Assembly: GCF_963921235.1 (NCBI RefSeq)
Contig: NC_086102.1
Location: 163,432,001-163,496,000 of the forward strand
Length of the DNA: 64,000 nucleotides
Direction of reading: 5' to 3'
DNA from: Mobula hypostoma
Lineage: Eukaryota
The notes below the pieces were generated by a model, which was given only the letters and a program-made list of their open reading frames with translations, was not told the origin of the DNA and made no database searches. The position numbers were made by a program, and so were the translations under genes. Each line of letters opens with the position of its first letter. Position 1 is the stretch's first letter. Of this stretch, positions 37,854 to 49,401 are shown in pieces.

Positions 37854-39688
37854 CAACGCAAGCGCAAGCGGAGCTATTCCATGGCGGTCGGAGGTCGTCG
37901 CTTATTATCGAAAGGAGTGGACTCCTCATTCCACTCATCTTCTATGAGGATCACATCATGAAGACGGCACGCAGGGACGTCCGCCGGCCAAGTCCATGCG
38001 GCGGTCGGTTCTCCGAAAGCCCTTTGAGAGGTAGGACCTTGTTGTTACCCGGGGTCGCTTGTGCCGTGCAGAGTAATGAGAGTGTGGTGGTGGCGCGTAC
38101 TCCGTCTGTGTCAGCCAGCGGTACACTCCTGGCAGAGTCACGAAATGAGTTACTATAGTTACATTGCAAACAAATCAGCAATGACAGAATCTGCCTCAAG
38201 GCCGTTTAAGTAGCTTCAGGAATACAGGCAGGGTTTCGTTCTCCAACTCGGTGTGCAGTCTACAGCTCATCTCAAGGAAATGCTATTTTTATTATAATTT
38301 AGAGCCTACTGTCTGGTAGGTACCATTTCTTCACAGCATTGCCTAGGCAACGTCATAGTCAGCTCTGTTGAGATTATTTAAAAGACCGTATTGTTTAAAA
38401 TAAACTATCAAATTACATTTGATAATCCCGCGAATCGCGAATTTCCTAATATTAACATTGGGGCCTGCTCTACATTATTTAAACAATAAAATAAACGTAT
38501 AAAGTAACTTGGTCAGCGGTATAACAGAATAGAGCAGTCCTTGCCTTTACAATCGGAAATGTGTCAATCATTATTAATGTCATTAGGTTGTATGGAAAGT
38601 GCAGTAAATCCATTAATTAAAGTATAATTATGTAAAATAAGTACTGAAATAGAAGTCAGAACGTTCCTTTGCTGTCGCAGGTTTGTGTATTTGACTGACC
38701 AGATCTAGCAGTAACTATTCCTGAGTTCTTCTACCACCCTGCTATATATAAGGTATGAGGCATGCCGTAAGAAATATAATTTAAGCATATCATTTCATTT
38801 ACGATGAAAAGATATTAAACTAAAAAAAAACCTAACTATAATGGAGTGATTAAATTTGTTAGGTGAAATCGATGCTGCAAATTAATGTTTTAATTAAATT
38901 AATAATTAATATTTTAATTCAAATTAATATTTCAATTCGCCCTGCCCTGGCGTATTTCCGTGGTAGGAGCTGAGTGGACGCTGTTCGCCTGTCAAAACAT
39001 CCTCTAGCAAGGCGTGTACAGAGCAGATAGCATCGCCAGCGGCAGTATGCATTATAAAATCATTTAACTACCTTGTTGACACTTTCTTTAGCCAGTTTAG
39101 CACAGAACTACAGCCATTTGAAGCAAATTTCTTCAATAGTATAAAAAAGCTGTACGTATATGACCAGTGTGAGGTATGATGAATTTAAAATCAATGTCCA
39201 CGGCATCGTATGTCTGCTTATCTCTATATTTGTGTTTTTATGTCTGTCCATCCGCCCAATCCTCAAGTGAATTCTAATGCTTCTCTCTTATTTTTTAAAG
39301 TCGACAACTTGAGCTTTTCCACCCTTTTATTTTGTATTCGTGTCTTACGCGATGGGATCTTGATGAAGGCTTATGTTGCTATTCTGCGGTTTGAGTAAAA
39401 GGCTCGGCGTGGAAAAGCTCTTACCGTCCATGTTGTGGCCAGATTAAAAAAAACTGTTATGCATAATTCAGAAGGAAGTGAGTTTGAGGTCTTTGAAAGC
39501 ATACAGTTACCACGGGATTTGCAAATGACTAAATTCCTGCATACACAATTCAGCAAATGCGCATTCCCATTCACTTCACATTTGTCTGCTAATATACCTC
39601 TGCTGTTTTTTTTTGTGTGAAGGATATACACAGCGTTCGAAACTACTTTTTTTTAAAAAAAAAGAAAAATATAACAACATACTAAAGA

Positions 39689-39782
39689 TTTGCATTTATA
39701 CAGCGCCTTTCACGTCCCATTCAGCAGGTCCCAAGTCGCCAAAGAAAATACTCTTCAAGCATGATCATAGTTAAAATATAGT
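39689..39782 (-). mobile_element. Ancient DeuSINE/L2-type 3' tail remnant
   Basis: ttgcatttatacagcgcctttcac...gtcccaa resembles the reverse complement of the AmnSINE1/SacSINE1-type tail tgaaaggcgctatataaatgcaa (from memory). Confidence 0.45.
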
Positions 39783-42700
39783 AATTAAATTAACATGCTG
39801 TTTCTTATTTTAATGACACATTAAAAAGCACAATATCAATTTTGTTGTTTCTCAGATTGGCTGCAAACACAATCATTTCCATATATTTAGATTGTTCTTT
39901 CAATTGCGATTGTGGACATTTCCTGAGCCATGGTGAAGAATAGGAATCCACAGCAAATGCCTGTTCACTTATGCTAGTATCAGTGTCATAGCACGCGTCT
40001 GCCTGTATGTTTAACATTCAAAGATACATCCACTGTTACTTTGAAGCAGTTAATGTAGCATTGAAAGTGATACATTTCCCAGTCATTTACTTTACCGATG
40101 ACAATTATATTTTATTAAGTGTGCGCCCAAATACGAAAAGTAAGCTCCGATTTCCAAAAATTCTTTGAAAATGTATGTGTTCCATATCCAAATAATATTG
40201 GAAGTTTTGTGACGTTGCTTTCTTTGGACCACTGCGCGCAAGTCTGCATAACAGTTTTGATTGATTATTCGAACAAGCAGTCAGCCCCATGAATATTTGT
40301 TTAATTTAAAGGCAATTCCATTATTTTATCATGAATGGGCCGTAATAGCCCCCACGTACTTGGTTACTTCTACAAACTGGGAACTTTTGTTTGAAAACCT
40401 GTCAACCTCCTTCTAGAATCTCTCTCGCTAGTAGTTGCAATAAATCTGAAAGCAAATCATTTTTTGGGGGCAGTATTAGGTGAAAGTGACTGGAGATGGT
40501 ATTGAGTGACAAATCAGAAGCTGAGTGCACGCTTATTTCATTACAGATTATGTTCACACTAATATATTGTGTTGGACGAATCCCAACTCAAAGTGTTTAT
40601 GTGGATTTAAAGCAAGGCGCCCTTTTTCGTATTCACGGCACTTAAGCATATTGATTCACTCGATGCTAGACAGCTTAGCTGCTGACGCAGAGGATGTGGC
40701 TTTTCAATACTTGGCCAACAATTTGGAGATAAAAGTTCTCCAAGTACGCATTACTCATTTGGTTAGGGGCATGTATGACAAAATAACTATGTCAGCATTT
40801 TTTCCCACGCTTTCCAATAAAAACATGAAAGTGTATGAGGTTAGCTTCCATCTTAACGCTGTAACCATATGGGGCGGAGATAAGATGGGGGTGGGCATGC
40901 GATGTAGTGGGGGGGTGGAGTTGGTACGCAAGCGACCGACATCTGGAGCTGAAAGGGTAATTTAAAAAAAATAAGCGTTTGGATCGCGGTTGCTTCGCGT
41001 TCTTCAGTTTGTCAGGAAACTCAACATTGTCCGTGAAATAGTTTTGCTCTTATTTTTGTGCCGTTTGAAGCTGGCTGTCCTGTCCTAAGTCGGGTTCTTC
41101 ATTGAACACCAAAAATAAAACTCTTTCTCTTTCAGTCACTGTACTACTTCGACAGAAATAGCAATTATATTAGTTTCTCATTAACTGTATTATGAATCGA
41201 CAAGGGGAAACGGAAGGTTGTAAATAAAGTATAGTATGTTTTATACTTTAGGGATTCCTTGAACCCAGAAGTAATAGTGCTACTTTTTAAAAGGTTAATG
41301 CAAATGACCCAATACCACAAAAGCAGTCATACATGAAAATAATTTAAGCACACATAGCTTTCGCATCCATGCCAGAATTTTTGATGTCCTTGAAACGTTT
41401 TACCCTCTTTAACGAGCAGTAACGAGGGATCCAGATTTGTCGAAGGCTGGCCGTACAGAAGGTTTCGTCTGTGGTGTGATTAGACTGCTGTGTTATTCGT
41501 TTTCGCATTTGTCCGCTTTGGCAGCGGTTGCTGGAGGGATCCCAGCTGGCCTTGGCTTGCTTTAAAGTAGGAGGAACTGCTGTCGAGGGAAAAGTGCAGA
41601 TTTCATGATTGATGAACTCTTAACAATGCCCCACTGACAGCCATGCATCCAGAGTTAGCTGCAAGTCTTTCAGCCCAACTCCTTATTTGCTAATACGTTG
41701 TTTCAAATTCCAAAATTAGCCTTCCTTTTCATTTACAATTGCGCTTTTACAGCCTTCATGTTTGTAAAATAAACGGAAATAGTGGTTGTAAATATACCAG
41801 CCTGTTGTCAATATAAACATGAAATATGACGACCGATTTTGCTGTCACATGACCGTTTGCTCTGAGGTTCCTGGAGAGCTGCTGTTTGTTACCAAGAACA
41901 GTAAACAATGTCATGCCTTTTTGTTCAGAGGGAATTTAATATTTTTTTTGGGGGGGAACATTTATTGTTTGCTACTAACTTAAATAGTAAAACCTTCATA
42001 AATTAGGCCGATCGAAGAGTCACTTTTTACTGTGAACGAGCTGGGCAGATGACCTTAACAATGTGGAACGAAAGCACAGCATTTTGAGTTGGAGAATAAT
42101 TAAGTGAATTTATTGCTAATTTCATCAGCATTTAATGCAGATGGAAACACATTACAGTTAAATGAAAAGTGTTTACCATCTTTGCTATAATCAAAAGTGA
42201 AATTAGAGATTATTTGCAGAGGATTAATAACTCATTCTAATGTATAGTTTCTAACGGTGCCAAATAAGCAAGTAATTAAATTAACGTAGATTTTCGGTTT
42301 TCACATTAATAACAAACTTTTTTTTTAAATCTTTGTTACTATATAGTGACTGTTGATGCTGAAATGTGAAACGATGTACGACCATTCTCCAGCCCTTACA
42401 ACGATAAAAAAGCACGATGCTGCCTTGTGTAACGGAAACAGACCCCTATTTTTGGACTGTCACAGAACAGCGTTTTCTCCGGTAAAATAAGGCATTAAAG
42501 GGTTTTTGAAAAATAAATATTTATTGGCCATTACAAATATCCATTGTGGGCGCTTCAAAGCGCAATACTGGCAGTCAGCATTGGTAACTAACAAAAATGT
42601 CCGTGGGCGTGTTAAGCACTTAAAAGCTGCATGTCTTTTCAAAATACAGTTATTCTTTGTTATGCTGGCCGCATAAGGTAACCGTTTTATAAAGCACGTG

Positions 42701-44084
42701 TTATTTCCATCTTCGAAATAATTGATAAATTTCTGCCTTAGACTGTGAAGCATTTTATTTCTTTTTGCACGAGTTTCAGCCAATGGCATGCTCAGTAAAT
42801 TTCATGAAGTCATAAATTCAATTGATATATGGCTTGGAGACGTGTTTTTCACAATACAAGAATTTTTGGATCAAGGTTTTGGCAATTACTCTACAGGGCC
42901 GATCTTATCAGCGGTTACACGGAAATGTTTTGGATGTAATAATTGGGATTTTACCAAAATATATTTTTCGGTGAATAAGTGCGCAATATTTGGAAATATA
43001 CACAAAACTCGCAACGAGCTAATCCGGCCAAAATTATAGAACATAAAGAAGTGATGGCCAGTTGAAATACAATTTTGCTTTGTTTTCACATTTATTCAGC
43101 GTTGGAGCTTTATTCATGATTTGTTTATATTTCCAAATGCCATACATTTCTTTGGAGGTACCGTACTCGGAGACTGGAAATCCAGTTATTTGTGGAGTCT
43201 TTGTTCTACCATCTCTTTATATATTTGACTATTCAAGTGCTAAATATTGTTCGTCTAACAAAATGGCGCCTTTCCTCGCTTATCATTCACTTGGGATTGC
43301 TAAGAGTTTTCTTTAGGAACAATGCTGTAATAACAGAGTATCTTGACAATTATAAATTGCATCTTACGGATGATCAGGACCTTTACAGCATTTTTTTCGA
43401 CTTTAAACGTCAGAAGAAGCCTTAATTTTTAATTATGAATAGCGATGAACAATGCGGCCAAAAATAAATCAGTCTTATAGTTATTTCTAACACCAGATTT
43501 CTTTAAACAATAACGTTAAAATTAGTAAGTCTGGGGAAAAGAAGATACACAATTTATAATTAATGTTTTCCATCACAACCAGTTATTCTAAGGAATGAAA
43601 TGTCTAACATGAGCAATGAGTTTTGTTTCAGCCAGAATACACATATTATTATTGTTGTTTACTTGTTGTTGATTTTTGAAATATTTCTTATTTTCCAGGA
43701 ATATCGCTGATTTGGATTTTGGACTGACGCAGATCGAGTGATCAGCAGTGTCAGGACAGACATTCAAATACAATCTTTTATTTTTGCTGGCATACTTTTT
43801 ACACAAAGTAATATATAATTTGTTAATTAAGAACATGTAATTCGTTTTGGAAAATCTGCAATATTTGAAATATTTATATTATTCAAAATAAAATATTGAA
43901 AATAGTTTGATTTCTTGTACTTCATTACATTTGTTTTATTTTGAACTCATTTTTTTCATTCATGGCATGTCTGAGCTGAAAGTCCAGTTGATTATGTATT
44001 AAACTAAGGGGCTTGTAATAAATGACACCACATTCCAATTAGTTCGTAGTTATTGGAAACAGCAGCTATTAAAGTATCTCAGCA

Positions 44085-44086
44085 GT

Positions 44087-44125
<39 letters not shown>

Positions 44126-44143
44126 TGTCTGTCTGTCTGTCTG
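44085..44143. repeat. (GT)n(CTGT)n compound microsatellite in HoxD2 3'UTR
   Basis: Seen directly, 25 nt after the stop codon. Confidence 0.95.
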
Positions 44144-44167
44144 CCTGTGCATAATCAGGAATTCGAA

Positions 44168-44913
44168 CTAAAACTGGAGCTGCTGCAAATCAGTGGAACT
44201 AAAACTATCACTTAAAAAGTCAAACACGTTAGAGGGAATAACTAGCGTGTCTTCGTTTTCCAACAAAGACATTTGAGGTAATTCTTCTATAAGATCTAGA
44301 CGGGGTTCGATTGTAATTTTGTCTAAATCCTCCAGAGATGGAATACTGAAACTCTCCGGACTGCTGGGGCTTGTTCCAGTCGAGCAGTTCTTCAACATAG
44401 GTAGCAGGCAGTCTGTTTCATCTGAACTCTGAGGAAAAGTAAGGCTCTGGGCTCCATCAGTGGAGATCAGAGAAGTGCCAACAACACTGAGCAGGTCACT
44501 GCCGATATCACTCAATGCATCTTTATGTGTAAAACCACAAATATCTTGCTTTGAATTGTTTTCACTGTCTATTGAATTCAAAGATTTGTTTACAGGTGTC
44601 TCAAAACTTATCGTGGAAAATCCACTCTGATTAACATTGTTGGCAAAATGGCGCTTTGAATCGCCGTTTTGACTTTGTTTGAATCGAGTTTGTCTCTTGT
44701 GTTTCATGCGTCTGTTCTGAAACCAGACTTTGACTTGCCTTTCTGTTAAATCGAGGAGAGCTGCGATTTCTACCCTCCGTGGTCTACAAAGATATCTGCT
44801 GTAATGAAATTCCTTCTCAAGCTCCAACAGCTGATTGTTAGTGTAAGTGGTTCGTAGCCTCCTGGAGCTGTCAAAAGGACTCCCGTTATCCGGCTCATTA
44901 AGCTCTTCATTTT
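44168..44913 (-). CDS. hoxd2: HoxD2 coding exon 2 (homeodomain)
   Basis: Acceptor ttttctttctttgttacag|AA is in phase. Homeodomain [59 protein letters not shown]; PG2-type C-terminus TDLQQLQF. Joined CDS 1092 nt = 363 aa. Confidence 0.93.
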
Positions 44914-45271
44914 CTGTAACAAAGAAAGAAAAGTTTCGATAAATCATCACAATTTCAACCGAATAATCCAGCAACATAAAATGGCCGTCTCCGTGACATA
45001 GAAGGTTTCCACTTAAATCATGGCCTAGATAAGGCAAGAGAGAGAGGATACTGTTTATCTGCTATATAGTCCAGTAGTCACTCGCTTACAAGCTCAGGAG
45101 AGTTTTATCTTTTGAATATTGTTAGGGGAAGGGATGAGCATCTTCTAGGTATGACACCTTTCAGTCAATTAAACCTCTGTTTCTGCTTCAGAATTGACAA
45201 TTTTTAAAAGAAAACTACGACCTCTGAGTAGCAATCTTTTCAAAAATAAGAGTAAATATTATTGACCCGAC

Positions 45272-45617
45272 CTTCATTGGAAGAACAAGATGAGAATGAT
45301 CCTGGCGCAGGGACTGTTTTTTTCTTGAGGTGTTTCTTTTCTCTCATCCACGGGTATTCCAGAGGTTTGTCCCCTAACGTGTCCCGACCAATGCCTTTTG
45401 AAGTGTGGGTTTTCCCATTTTGGTGTGTGTTACCGGGGTCCAAGCTGCAGAAGCTCTGCTCAAAAGGAGGAGGAATCAGTGTCGAATGTGAAAGCGTCGA
45501 GTTCTTGATTGATGAACTTTGAAATGTCTCGCTTACAGGAGGAAAGGATGTCAGACACTCGGCAAGCGATGGCTCACTATTGATAAAACCAACCTCACGC
45601 TCAAATTCGTTGCTCAT
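45272..45617 (-). CDS. hoxd2: HoxD2 coding exon 1
   Basis: PG2 N-terminus [28 protein letters not shown]...LIPPPFEQ and hexapeptide EYPWMREKK. Donor GAAG|GTCGGG; 346 nt, phase 1. Confidence 0.92.
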
Positions 45618-45778
45618 TTCTGCTCGGGCAGAATCGGTAGAAAATTGCTTATTTGACAATTTCTTTGAAAATGTGTATTTATAAAATGTACTGATTGCAA
45701 ACGCTAAAGGGACCGTGCTATTATTAACTAAGTCTATTGAATACACGGTCACGACGTTGAGATGAGGCTGATTTTATC

Positions 45779-45801
45779 GTCACATGATTGCCTTAACCAA
45801 T
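45779..45801 (-). promoter_or_regulatory. HoxD2 proximal promoter (E-box + CCAAT box)
   Basis: GTCACATGAT at 45779-45788 and CCAAT at 45797-45801; same layout as HoxD1. Confidence 0.6.
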
Positions 45802-48652
45802 GACAAGGGTGGAAAATAAGCCTGGCTTTCTCGGTGATTCTGAAATAAAATATATAAAGGTGTAGGTAACATTTCCTCTGCCTTCTACGGGTCATATTAT
45901 ATAATAGGGTAGAGAAGAAGCGCTTCCATAATGTAGAACCTGTACGGCTACAAAATATTCTTCTCTTGGTGGGTGGCTGGATCATGGAGCAGAAAAGAAC
46001 ACTCGAGTCTAGAGTCCTGCTAACAAATGCATGGAGTGGAGTAATGAACGACAAATCAATTAATCTTCGGCGCTCTGACAAACATCGCAAGACTATTCCT
46101 CATAGAAGAATGAACACAAGCTGTGGTCAAAGCAGTGCGCTGGACAATTGAAGCTGGCAAAGCCAAATAAGGGAATTACTTTCAGGCACATTCTGGATTT
46201 TAGCATGAATATAAACTAGCATGGTAAACATTTCCAACTTTACTTTCTTCTCCCCCCTTTGGGCCATTCGAATTTGTTTTAATTGTGCAATTTATTCGGT
46301 GTCTGTACAGTCTCAACAAGTACGATACAATTCACCCATATGGAGCAGCACGCCCTGTTTACAAATGACTCCTCGTTCATATGTTATTTGTTGCTTTCAT
46401 AAACACCCACAAGCCATTTTTTTAATCTTTGCGAAGTAACATCTCGGGGATTCTATCTGAACACAGCTGTCGCGATTTACGAACTTTCCACATTTTATAA
46501 CAATATTTGTAAATTATTTCCCACTTAAAGCCTTGGGCTGCGTATTCTGTAACACATTATTGGCAAATTAAGAAGCACAATATTTGTTATATTTTCCACT
46601 CACATTCGCAGAACGTTTGGAGCTCAAAAATCGAAGTGCTACATTGTATTCGTGTAATGCCAATGGATTTCGCAGGCTTTCAGAAAGTTGCGGAGTGGGT
46701 GACTTAATTCCTTTCTGCTAGAAAGACAACATTTGATTTTTTTTTTGCCGTGTGGGTGGTATAATAAGAAAACTAGGCTGAAGGAGCCCTTTCCAGCGTT
46801 GGCGTTACAAGACACTAAGGAACTGTTTGTTGTGCATTATAATCTGCACTGCATACATGTCGAGCTCTACCTTGTCAACAGAAGTTATAAATGAAAAAAG
46901 TTAGAGGGGCTTAATTAAATTAAACTAAGAGAAAATTGAAATGATATGCTGCTTTCTGATGTAATGATACCCAACAAAAGGGAGTTAGATTGTTTTCTTC
47001 CCCAAAGCGCCGACGGATTCAAATTCAAATTTGGAAAGTGAACGTTTTATTTGCCACTTAAAGCAGGGACATGCACTTTATTTCGGCTGCATGGGGGATG
47101 TCTTTGTTGCTGAAGGGATATCCACAGCCCTGCTCCGCTTGGCAACAAAATGGCGGTGCGTGGATCGGGGTTGCGGGTGACTGGTGTGGAAGGAGACGAC
47201 AGCCAGTGACCTGGAGCCGTCTCGGCTCCCGCAGGCGCTCACCGCCCTGCGCTACACTGGGCCAATTGACCCGGGCAGCATCGGATGAGGCAGCGAGGCA
47301 CGGCCGTCTCCCTAACACAGTAATATTCTTTACATTAATTACAGCTGGCTTAATTACGGACTATCTTTGAAATGGAACAATATTTACTAAATTCACTCTT
47401 ATGCTTAAAGTTATATCAATGGAAATATTTAATATGGCACGGATACTAGATACTAGATATTGAGGAAAAGTAAAAGGAGGAAGAAGACGGGATTTATTAG
47501 GATAACCAATGCATGATATTATTCCCTACTATAATTATATCATGCCTTTTTGCCTTCTTCCTTGTCTCCATTCTTTCTGCTTCCACCTTATTATTTTGTG
47601 CGCCCGTCTCTTAAAATTTCTTTTGAATGTATCAATATTACATTTCTAAGTGAAACAAAAAGCCACGCTTGTCACTCGTTGGCGCGTTTGAACATGACAG
47701 TATATCACTTTGCAAATACATATTGACACAGAAAGCAGCTCCGCACAAAGAGCTCAGTTCCCGACCAACCGGTGACTGTAGCTAGCTTGTGGTGTATTAA
47801 GGAGAAGCGCGGAGACAAGATGGCGAGGCGTAAAGCTGATGTGGTGCATTCATAAATGAAGGCTACATGTTTGTTCAAAGAACACCGTTTTATTCTAAAT
47901 ATCCGTTGAAATCGTACCAGACAGTTGAAATAAAGTATTCTTATAGAAATGTGTTGTCTATCCTGTAGTGTCACATTTTCTCTGATTTACTACAGTTATA
48001 ACTTACAATTTGCTTTCAGAGATAATACTTACATAATCTACAAACACCAGCCACTGATACAACTGCTCAAAAACTATCCTCTCATCTAGTTTAAACCCAG
48101 GTTTACTAAAGAGGAGAAATATGATTGTAACAGACATGGATTAAACAGGTCAAAGTCAGATTGTATAAGCTCTATAAATTTCACATAAATACATTAAGAC
48201 AAGGATAAATAAGTCATAGAAAAATCTTTTTGATTTTGACTTAAAATAATAAATACATATTAATGTTGTTGAATGCAGTTTGTTCATTGCTGAGTACATA
48301 GCTGGGGTTCTGGGCAGTAAGACCAGTTACAGACAGAATACCACTAGTATAGAACACTAGTCTTTAAAATTCACATTAAGAAGAGTTTGCTGAAGACTGA
48401 CTTTGTATGTCTTACCTTCAAAAGCACCTATTTCAAGCAATTTTCCCTCTATTTGCATTCTGTATTATGATAGGATCTTATTGAAAGGGATGGCTGATGT
48501 GTAGACCCTTAAATAAACACAGAAAAGCAATGTGGTGGGTAGAAAATGAGTGATGGACAAATACTGTGGCAGTCTCATAGCAGGAGAATATCTGATACAA
48601 ATGAGGTAATAAAAAAGCGAAGTAGCATCGCTTGGCAGACCATGCTAGTCCG

Positions 48653-49401
48653 TTACAGATGTGTTAGTTTGGGTGCTTCTTGAATTCTTCCCTGAGCTGT
48701 GTGATGAGTAGTCAGATCTGTATACGTGGGATGGGGATCGCATGGTCCATGATGGTGATTGCCTGGTATTTGTGCAGCACAACTATAGTCCACAGTGGCT
48801 GATGAAGGATGAGGAAGATGACTAAGGTTGAACATAGGACCAGAAGCTGGCATTGAATCAACAAAGTTCCCTCCAACATACACAGGGCTGCCTTGCAAAT
48901 TATGGTTAGCAAAGCCTCCATTGCCTTGCATTGTATGATGCTCATACTCTGTACCAGGATACCTCTTCTGCTGGGGTAGGCAGCTATTAAGAGGTGCCGT
49001 GTAAGCAGCCAAGCCATACATATTCTGCTGAGATTTGGTGAAAGATGTTGGAGAATGAGCTTCGTAATTCAAACTGTTGACAGTGGGGAGCTGGTTTGAG
49101 AATCCAATATTATTTGGAGCATTTAAAAGTGGGCTTCTGTCTGGAGACTGTCCAACTGGAGAGTGCATGATCCCTTTTGCCTTTTGATCTTTTTTGTACT
49201 TCATTCTTCTGTTCTGGAACCAAATCTTTATTTGCCGTTCAGTTAGATTTAATAAGTTTGCCATTTCAACTCGACGAGGACGACACAGATAACGATTAAA
49301 ATGGAACTCCTTTTCCAGTTCAACCAACTGTGCACTGGTATAGGCTGTACGGACTCTCTTAGAGGCTGGGCCAGGTGGGCTTTTATCCTCACAATTGTCT
49401 C
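48653..49401 (-). CDS. hoxd3: HoxD3 coding exon 2 (homeodomain)
   Basis: Acceptor ttcattctgcag|GA. Reads [74 protein letters not shown]; C-terminus HPTYTDL...[10 protein letters not shown]. Joined CDS 1233 nt = 410 aa. Confidence 0.96.

Noticed and set aside
38880-38937. Dense TAAT/ATTA run as a homeodomain site cluster
   Set aside because: Cannot be told apart from AT-rich low complexity without conservation data.
45618-45752. In-frame upstream extension of the HoxD2 ORF
   Set aside because: Starts at GTG and has no PG2 similarity; the conserved start is the ATG at 45617.
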